From the human T2T-CHM13v2.0 reference genome, Homo sapiens: 64,000 bases of DNA. The notes below the pieces were generated by a model. It had not been told where the DNA came from and did no database searches. It saw nothing but the letters and a program-made list of their open reading frames with translations. Shown here piece by piece: positions 55,511 to 64,000 of this stretch. A program made the translations under genes and the position numbers. The stretch's first letter is position 1, and every line of letters begins with the position of its first letter. The stretch is from NCBI RefSeq assembly GCF_009914755.1, contig NC_060944.1; one strand, written 5' to 3'.

Positions 55511-55877
55511 GTAACACTTCCCATGCAGATGCATATGTTCAGTCAGCGTGTGTACACAGACATCACATCACCCAGAGATAATCAGTTAACATTTGAGCCT
55601 TTGATCCAGGACAATAATTAGGCTTTACATGGAACATAATTTCACCTACATACACACACACACTCTCTGTCTCACCCCCCCCCCATACCCCTCCCTTTTC
55701 GGTTCATTTGAAGCCCACACCTTTGGTTCATGTGACTGCCCACACCTGAGCTCCTCAGGAGATTGGCCTCCCTCCTTGAGGCTCCCTCCTTGAGTTCCAC
55801 CCTCATTTGGGGTGGAACTTGGTCTTTGGGGCCCTGGCCTGTTTTCCCCAGCCTCCCTCACTCTGTGTCTTCCACAG

Positions 55878-56078
55878 GCGGAACGGGAAAGTCCAGCACT
55901 GCCGTATCCACTCCCGGCAAGATGCTGGGACCCCCAAGTTCTTCTTGACAGACAACCTCGTCTTTGACTCCCTCTATGACCTCATCACGCACTACCAGCA
56001 GGTGCCCCTGCGCTGTAATGAGTTTGAGATGCGACTTTCAGAGCCTGTCCCACAGACCAACGCCCACGAGAGCAAAGA
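55878..56078 (+). CDS. PLCG1: PLCG1 exon 17 (RNGKVQHCRI...NAHESKE)
   Basis: cacag|G ... GA|gtgag. Confidence 0.96.
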
Positions 56079-56159
56079 GTGAGGGAAGGGCCTGGGGGCG
56101 GACAAGGCAGGGCAGGGCCATGGGTGGTGCTGGCCGGGCCTGACTCTGCCTGTTCTCAG

Positions 56160-56279
56160 GTGGTACCACGCGAGCCTGACCAGAGCACAGGCTGAGCACA
56201 TGCTAATGCGCGTCCCTCGTGATGGGGCCTTCCTGGTGCGGAAGCGGAATGAACCCAACTCATATGCCATCTCTTTCCG
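56160..56279 (+). CDS. PLCG1: PLCG1 exon 18 (cSH2: WYHASL...FLVRKR...AISFR)
   Basis: ctcag|G ... CG|gtgag. Confidence 0.96.
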
Positions 56280-56362
56280 GTGAGGGGTGTGGCACTGGGT
56301 TGTGGGGCCTTGCTTGGGTCTGAGCTGCCCTGACCCTGTGTGACTGTTTTGTCCTTGTGAAG

Positions 56363-56543
56363 GGCTGAGGGCAAGATCAAGCATTGCCGTGTCCAGCAAG
56401 AGGGCCAGACAGTGATGCTAGGGAACTCGGAGTTCGACAGCCTTGTTGACCTCATCAGCTACTATGAGAAACACCCGCTATACCGCAAGATGAAGCTGCG
56501 CTATCCCATCAACGAGGAGGCACTGGAGAAGATTGGCACAGCT
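56363..56543 (+). CDS. PLCG1: PLCG1 exon 19 (AEGKIKHCR...EKIGTA)
   Basis: tgaag|G ... GCT|gtgag. Confidence 0.95.
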
Positions 56544-57535
56544 GTGAGGGGGCTGTGGTAGACGGGGCATGGCAGGGGAGGCAGGAGAGACCCAGAATCT
56601 TACCAGTCTCTGGATGTGTGTAACAGCAAGACCTGGTGTGTTGTAGAAGTTCGTGGGAGGGCCCCTGACTCCAGCTGGGAGCCACAGTGTGGGTACCAGG
56701 AGGGTGTCTGCAGGAGGGGACATCTGAGCAGCATCTTTAAGGATGGGGACAGGCACATAAGCAGAGGGTTCCTCATGAGTCAAGATGTGGAGTGAGGAGG
56801 TTCTGGGGCTCACACTGGGAGAGGTGCACACAGTGGAAACTCATCCACCTGGGCTTGGCCTGGACTCTGTCCTAGGGCAGATGAGATGAGGCTACCCAAG
56901 AGTGGTTGTGGAGCCTCCGCCTGGTGGATGGTATGGAGGGCAGAGCCACAGGAGGTGAGACCAGTGAGGGAAAAAGTCAGGACCCATGGCAGCACAGCTG
57001 GTGATAAGGGCCCTGGACAGAAGGAAGGGGTCTAGGACCAGAAGATCAGTTGAGAGACTGCTGTCGTCAGTAGACAGGGCTGGCTGGGGAGAGAGAGGCC
57101 TGTTGTCCACTGGCACCTGGGACTCAAGTGATGGAGAGGAGCGGCAGGAGGAATGTGGGGAGTGGGAAGGCTTTTCCTGACTTTGGGCTCAGCAGTGAAC
57201 CAACGAGCCACTGAACTAAAGCACTGAATATGGGTAGTCTGTGAAGGGCCCACCTGCACATAGCTCAGAAATACTTGGGAGTTTGGGCATTTAGGACCTG
57301 AGAGATTTTAGAATCCTGGGCTGGGCCTTACATGTAAGAATGTGAAGAAAGGAAAGGGAACAGTGAGGCCGGGCCTGAGGCCTCTGAAGCCGTCTCTACT
57401 GAGGTCGAAGGATCCCTGTGGATCAGGTGCAAGTTTGCTGCACTGGGGGAAAGGGAAGCTGCTCCAGAAACCAGTAGCTGCTTTCTACCTCTGGGCTCTG
57501 GGGCATTAACATATCCCATTGTGTCCTGTTTCCAG

Positions 57536-57613
57536 GAGCCTGACTACGGGGCCCTGTATGAGGGACGCAACCCTGGCTTCTATGTAGAGGCAAACCCTAT
57601 GCCAACTTTCAAG
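57536..57613 (+). CDS. PLCG1: PLCG1 exon 20 (EPDYGALYEGRNPGFYVEANPMPTFK; Y771/Y775/Y783)
   Basis: tccag|GAG ... AAG|gtaca. Confidence 0.96.
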
Positions 57614-58450
57614 GTACAGCTCAGGCCTCTGGGCATAGGAAGCTGGGGAGGGTCCCCAGCTGCTTGGGGCTTCATTTCTGTGTTCTGGGCCATCTGTGGT
57701 CTTTGTGGAGAAGTGGTGGTTGTGGTTTTCCGAGGCCCAAGAGGTTGTGAGAGATGTGTGGTTGGTGAGCGACCGCAGGTCTCCCAGGGCCGACCCACTC
57801 CCTAGCCCCTACCCCTTAAGTCAGCAGTGACCCTTTAAACTGCTCCTGTGGGTGACCCCTGTTTCCTTCCTGGGCAGCAGCGGGGTAGGAGCTGGGAGGC
57901 ACACTGGCCACTCATTCCCCGGCCTCATGGAGCCCTGTTACACAGGTTCTTTTTTGTTTTGCCTTTTTCTCTAAAAAGGCCTGGGCCCTATTTCTCACCC
58001 CCTCCCCTCCACAGCCAGGGGACCTGGAAGGAAGTTTTTCTTTCCACTTCACAGATGAGTGGTAGGGTCCCATCCAGGCCCCATATGCTTCCAGGTCCCG
58101 GGGAGGCACTCAGGGCCACTGCAGACCCTGCCTTCTTGGCCTGCCAGCCCTGACTCCTGGGAGCGGATTCAAGGTTCTCCCTGTGGCCCAGGGTGGGGCT
58201 TAAGGTTCCACCTGGGTCCCGAGGTATTTCACTGGCAGAGGCCCTGCCTCTCTGATCATATCTGTCCTGGAGCTTCCCTGCAGGGCAGTAACAAGAACTA
58301 TAACTAGGGCCTGTTGATGGCAGTGTCATCTCCCACTGGCCTGACCCCAGGCAGGGAAGCCCAAGCACATGTGTGTGTGCACATGAAGCCCCAGGTTGGC
58401 AGTGGCAGGGAGAGCCTTTCTGCTCTGACTGGTGCTTCTCACCTCTGCAG

Positions 58451-58554
58451 TGTGCAGTCAAAGCCCTCTTTGACTACAAGGCCCAGAGGGAGGACGAGCT
58501 GACCTTCACCAAGAGCGCCATCATCCAGAATGTGGAGAAGCAAGAGGGAGGCTG
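58451..58554 (+). CDS. PLCG1: PLCG1 exon 21 (SH3: CAVKALFDY...QEGGW)
   Basis: tgcag|TGT ... TG|gtaag. Confidence 0.96.
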
Positions 58555-58706
58555 GTAAGCCAGTGGTGTGGTAGGCCCAGAGTCCAAGGGCCCCAGTGGA
58601 GCTGGGGCCCCAAAGACATGCATTTGTGATGTGCTTGTCTCCTGTGTGCACCAGCAGTGCCTGCCTCACCCTGGCTTAGGCATGGGAACTCCTACCAAAG
58701 GATACC

Positions 58707-58762
58707 CTCCTCATGGGAGTTCGGGGTGGTTGCTGGAGGTCAGCACCCTGTGGCTCCCACAG
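58707..58762 (+). ncRNA. MIR6871: miR-6871 precursor (5'-tailed mirtron at the 3' end of PLCG1 intron 21)
   Basis: Arms CATGGGAGTTCGGGGTGGTTGC (58712-58733) and CAGCACCCTGTGGCTCCCACAG (58741-58762) pair and end at the splice acceptor AG; sequences match my recollection of miR-6871-5p/3p. Confidence 0.8.
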
Positions 58763-58859
58763 GTGGCGAGGGGACTACGGAGGGAAGAAGCAGCTGTGGT
58801 TCCCATCAAACTACGTGGAAGAGATGGTCAACCCCGTGGCCCTGGAGCCGGAGAGGGAG
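58763..58859 (+). CDS. PLCG1: PLCG1 exon 22 ([18 protein letters not shown]...EPERE)
   Basis: cacag|G ... GAG|gtaag. Confidence 0.96.
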
Positions 58860-59140
58860 GTAAGACCAGAACCACCTGAGTAACAGCATTCCCTATTCCC
58901 AGATTCTCCTTGGCATGCCCCCATCACACAGTCCCAAGCACGCACGTGCATGCACAGACACCTGTCACATGGGCTGGTCGCACAGCCCATGTGGCCATGC
59001 ACGTAGTCTCCCATATACCTGTGCTACATTTGGCAGTCACAGGTACACCCACAAGATGTATTTGTCCCATGCACACGGATATCCCCTCACACACATATGC
59101 AGTAGCCATGCTGACCATTGGTGGGCTTTGCTTCCCACAG

Positions 59141-59210
59141 CACTTGGACGAGAACAGCCCCCTAGGGGACTTGCTGCGGGGGGTCTTGGATGTGCCGGCT
59201 TGTCAGATTG
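59141..59210 (+). CDS. PLCG1: PLCG1 exon 23 (HLDENSPLG...ACQI)
   Basis: cacag|CAC ... G|gtgag. Confidence 0.95.
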
Positions 59211-59795
59211 GTGAGCTCCCATCTGTTTCTCTTGCCCACTGTTCCCTAGGGTGAGATTCTTCTTTGTATCTCTTTCCTGCTCCTAGGGAGGAAGCTGATG
59301 GCTGAACCCCAAAGTCTGCCCTCACTCCAAGCTCTCCCCATGCTCTGGACATCCCCTTGACACCCTGGGCTCCCTTTGTCACTGTCAGCTTTGACCCCTG
59401 CATGTTTACCTATGCCAGGCACTGGGGAACCCGTCAGAATCAGCAGAACAAAGTTGATGCTCCTGGTTGGCTGACATCCCCAGGCCTAATGGGTTGTACC
59501 ACAGGGATGTGACAGAGGCTTGGAGATGGGGTGGAGAGGGAGACACGGCCTGAGGAAGAAGCATGAGTCAGAGCTGAGTTGGAACACTGGCTCCACCACA
59601 ACCAGCAGTGACTTGTTTGAGTTGTAGCGTCGTCATCTGTCAAATGGGCCAGCAGAGTAGTCCTTCCCCTCATGGGGTGTGGGAAGGAGGAAATGGGATG
59701 AGATAGAACTCATTTGAGCCAGTGCCTGCGGTGTGGAGTGGGGTGGAGGGGGTGAGATGTCTATTCCCAGCTGTTATCTGCTCTCGCCCTCCCAG

Positions 59796-59953
59796 CCATC
59801 CGTCCTGAGGGCAAGAACAACCGGCTCTTCGTCTTCTCCATCAGCATGGCGTCGGTGGCCCACTGGTCCCTGGATGTTGCTGCCGACTCACAGGAGGAGC
59901 TGCAGGACTGGGTGAAAAAGATCCGTGAAGTGGCCCAGACAGCAGACGCCAGG
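59796..59953 (+). CDS. PLCG1: PLCG1 exon 24 (IRPEGKNNRL...TADAR)
   Basis: cccag|CC ... AGG|gtgag. Confidence 0.95.
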
Positions 59954-60537
59954 GTGAGATTCTGCTGGAACCTTCTGGGGGGCAGTGTGTGGGCCCGTCA
60001 GGCAGCTGAGGCCTCCAGCTCCCAGCACAGGCCCCCTCAGAGCAGTGGGGCAGCCGATGGCCTATGCTAGATAGGCCACAGCCCCTGCCTTAGCTAGGGA
60101 TTGAGAAGAAACAGACACATAAGATGCAATGTGGTGTGTTTAGGTTGTGTTGAGTTTGAGATACTGATGGGTCGTTGAAGTGGGTCTGCTTAGTGGGCAA
60201 TTGGATACACAAGACCAGAGGTAAGAGGAGAAGTCCTGGGCTGGAAGCAGGAGTGGAGTGGGGGCTGAGGCATAGAAGGGATGAGGTGGTGTCGCATAGG
60301 AAGAGAACTTGGGATGGATTGAGAAGCTCCATATGAGAAGGCATGGGCGAGGAAAGGAGCCCAGGAAAGGCAGGTCAGACAGACTGCAGGCCACTGGTGA
60401 GGGAGAGGGTCTGCTGTGTTGAGAGCTACAGAGGTAAAGACAGGAACGATAAGAACTTGCAAGTGCCCTTTGGATTCAGCAGCAGCTAATAGCCCTTGTG
60501 AGACTTTTGAGCTGCATCAGCAGCATGGCTGGCATTA

Positions 60538-61500
<963 letters not shown>

Positions 61501-61874
61501 TCATTTTTACCCCAGCATGAGGCTGGGTAATAAATGGTCAGAAAGTGTCATTTGGGAGTGTGGCCAATTCCAGGATCCCTGGAAGGTCACTGGGAACATG
61601 GGTGGTGATGAGGAGTCTGTATCCCCCACCCCCCCTAAGAGGGTTGGAGGGCAAATGTGTCCTCTGGGACAGAAAAGAGGAAAGATGATTTCAGGATGAG
61701 GCTGAGGACAGAGCTCCCTCATTTACTGTTGGGTGTGGTGTCTGGAAGGTACAGGGGAAGGTGGGAGAGGGGCCCAGAGCACCTGCAGTGTGGGCATGCC
61801 CAAGGTTGGCAGGGGCTTCCTTCTCCTGGGCAGGGCTGTAGCCTGGGGCTACAGGGCCTTGTGTGTGTCACCAG

Positions 61875-61971
61875 CTCACTGAAGGGAAGATAATGGAACG
61901 GAGGAAGAAGATTGCCCTGGAGCTCTCTGAACTTGTCGTCTACTGCCGGCCTGTTCCCTTTGATGAAGAGA
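61875..61971 (+). CDS. PLCG1: PLCG1 exon 25 (LTEGKIMERRKKIALELSELVVYC...)
   Basis: ccag|CTC ... A|gtaag. Confidence 0.95.
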
Positions 61972-62102
61972 GTAAGGGCCAGGGCCCAGGCGGGGTGTGC
62001 ATGTGCCTGGAGGGCCTGGTGGGTGCAAAAAGAGTATTTAGGTATCCCCCCAACACTTCCTGGGTGGGCGGGCTCTGTAAGTGTTTTCCCTGTTTGGCCC
62101 AG

Positions 62103-62327
62103 AGATTGGCACAGAACGTGCTTGCTACCGGGACATGTCATCCTTCCCGGAAACCAAGGCTGAGAAATACGTGAACAAGGCCAAAGGCAAGAAGTTCCTT
62201 CAGTACAATCGACTGCAGCTCTCCCGCATCTACCCCAAGGGCCAGCGACTGGATTCCTCCAACTACGATCCTTTGCCCATGTGGATCTGTGGCAGTCAGC
62301 TTGTGGCCCTCAACTTCCAGACCCCTG
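62103..62327 (+). CDS. PLCG1: PLCG1 exon 26 (Y box: [16 protein letters not shown]...ALNFQTP)
   Basis: ccag|AG ... G|gtgag. Confidence 0.96.
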
Positions 62328-62410
62328 GTGAGGAAGTCCCCTGTGAGGAGGGTGAGGAGGGGCACTGTGGGGCAGCTGGACTGGAATACACCATAATCTG
62401 CCTCTTCCAG

Positions 62411-62559
62411 ACAAGCCTATGCAGATGAACCAGGCCCTCTTCATGACGGGCAGGCACTGTGGCTACGTGCTGCAGCCAAGCACCATGCGGGATGAGGCCT
62501 TCGACCCCTTTGACAAGAGCAGCCTCCGCGGGCTGGAGCCATGTGCCATCTCTATTGAG
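62411..62559 (+). CDS. PLCG1: PLCG1 exon 27 ([10 protein letters not shown]...AISIE)
   Basis: ccag|AC ... GAG|gtggg. Confidence 0.95.
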
Positions 62560-62991
62560 GTGGGTGCTGCTCATCTGGGCTTCAGGGTAGGAAAGGGGCT
62601 GCTTGCCGTTGGAGTCTGTTTATGTTGAGTTCTCCAAAAGTAGGTATTTTCAGGCATCAAGGTGGTCAGGGTGGGTGGGGCCTGAGCTGAGTCTTTGAAG
62701 GGGTGAAGATAGCATGCAGTCACTGTATGCATCTAGGACGTGCAGAGCCATGGTGTGACTTGTTCTGATGACTTGTTTTGTTCTGATGAGATCTTTTTTT
62801 TCCCTAAGGGGAGGTCATTTAAAAGATTTCTGTGTTAAAATAGTAATGGATTTAACATGAAGTAGATTGCAAAACTCACATGGAAATTTTGGCTAAAGCT
62901 CAGACTTCAGATAAACTACAGGCAGCAGCTGCTCTGGACAGCTTAGGGTCCCTGATGTCGTGAGGGACTCCATGGGCAGTGTCCCGGGGGC

Positions 62992-63005
62992 CCAGCAGAG
63001 GGCGC
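62992..63005 (+). promoter_or_regulatory. CTCF-type motif CCAGCAGAGGGCGC
   Basis: Full match to the CTCF core consensus, intron 27. Confidence 0.55.
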
Positions 63006-63101
63006 GCTGCCTCCACTCCACAGATGCTGACTGAGCCTCCGCAGTGGGGAATTGGAGGGAGCAGGAAGGACAATCCCAGGCCCTTCTTTGTCTGCCTACA
63101 G

Positions 63102-63216
63102 GTGCTGGGGGCCCGACATCTGCCAAAGAATGGCCGAGGCATTGTGTGTCCTTTTGTGGAGATTGAGGTGGCTGGAGCTGAGTATGACAGCACCAAGCAG
63201 AAGACAGAGTTTGTGG
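63102..63216 (+). CDS. PLCG1: PLCG1 exon 28 (C2: VLGARHLPK...KTEFV)
   Basis: tacag|GTG ... G|gtcagt. Confidence 0.95.
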
Positions 63217-63333
63217 GTCAGTCTGTCTTCCCAGTCATCCTCCTCATCCTGCTGGGGCACTGCAAGCCTCTCCCCACCAGTCATCCCATCCTCTCCCACG
63301 GTGACCTGAAGCCTTTTGTCGTTGCCTTCACAG

Positions 63334-63495
63334 TGGACAATGGACTCAACCCTGTATGGCCAGCCAAGCCCTTCCACTTCCAGATCAGTAACCCTGAATT
63401 TGCCTTTCTGCGCTTCGTGGTGTATGAGGAAGACATGTTTAGTGACCAGAATTTCCTGGCTCAGGCTACTTTCCCAGTAAAAGGCCTGAAGACAG
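63334..63495 (+). CDS. PLCG1: PLCG1 exon 29 (DNGLNPVW...YEEDMFSD...GLKT)
   Basis: cacag|TG ... G|gtgag. Confidence 0.95.
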
Positions 63496-63604
63496 GTGAG
63501 GACCATTCCTGGAGGCAGTGCCCCTGCAATCTTGCTGGCAGGGTGGGGCTGGGCCCCTTGCTCTGTCCCTCGTGGGCTGAGGGCCAGGCTTTTCCTCCTC
63601 CTAG

Positions 63605-63693
63605 GATACAGAGCAGTGCCTTTGAAGAACAACTACAGTGAGGACCTGGAGTTGGCCTCCCTGCTGATCAAGATTGACATTTTCCCTGCCAAG
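63605..63693 (+). CDS. PLCG1: PLCG1 exon 30 (YRAVPLKN...DIFPAK)
   Basis: ctag|GA ... AAG|gtatc. Confidence 0.95.
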
Positions 63694-63805
63694 GTATCTG
63701 CAGCAGGGGTGGGCTGGCCTGGGGTAGGTGGGAGGAGAGCCAGGCAGCAGCCTCTAGAAGTGCAGAGGAGTCATTGACCCTCTTGTGCACCTGGCTTCGT
63801 TGAAG

Positions 63806-63993
63806 CAGGAGAATGGTGACCTCAGTCCCTTCAGTGGTACGTCCCTGCGGGAGCGGGGCTCAGATGCCTCAGGCCAGCTGTTTCATGGCCGAGCCCGGGA
63901 AGGCTCCTTTGAATCCCGCTACCAGCAGCCGTTTGAGGACTTCCGCATCTCCCAGGAGCATCTCGCAGACCATTTTGACAGTCGAGAACGAAG
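63806..63993 (+). CDS. PLCG1: PLCG1 exon 31 ((Q)ENGDLSPF...SRYQQPF...DSRER); alternative start at 63809
   Basis: aag|cag|GAG tandem acceptor; AG|gtgag donor. Confidence 0.93.
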
Positions 63994-64000
63994 GTGAGGA

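Overview
Human-type (primate) genomic DNA that I recognise as the TOP1-PLCG1 locus (chr20q12). Positions 1-~14.17 kb hold the last eight exons (14-21) and the 3' UTR of DNA topoisomerase I (TOP1, + strand). A ~12 kb repeat-rich spacer follows, with a nested Alu/Alu/5'-inverted L1PA stack, an LTR16-like LTR, L2/MIR relics and a strong CTCF-type motif. A CpG-island promoter (~26.3-27.95 kb) then drives phospholipase C gamma 1 (PLCG1, + strand); coding exons 1-31 are in the window and the last exon lies beyond it. PLCG1 intron 21 ends in the tailed mirtron MIR6871. No foreign or prokaryotic system is visible. The best unexplained signal is a 39-nt, frame-preserving, stop-free candidate cassette exon in PLCG1 intron 1 (47232-47270). 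It has a 79-nt AG-free pyrimidine tract, a UGC near the acceptor, a GTATGT donor and a downstream GCAUG, and would add 13 aa to the PH domain. Other leads are pre-miRNA-sized hairpins in introns 17 and 22, a stop-free 3n intron 28 and a CUG-initiated N-terminal extension. Exon numbers, residue numbers and repeat subfamilies come from recalled knowledge and were not checked against a database.
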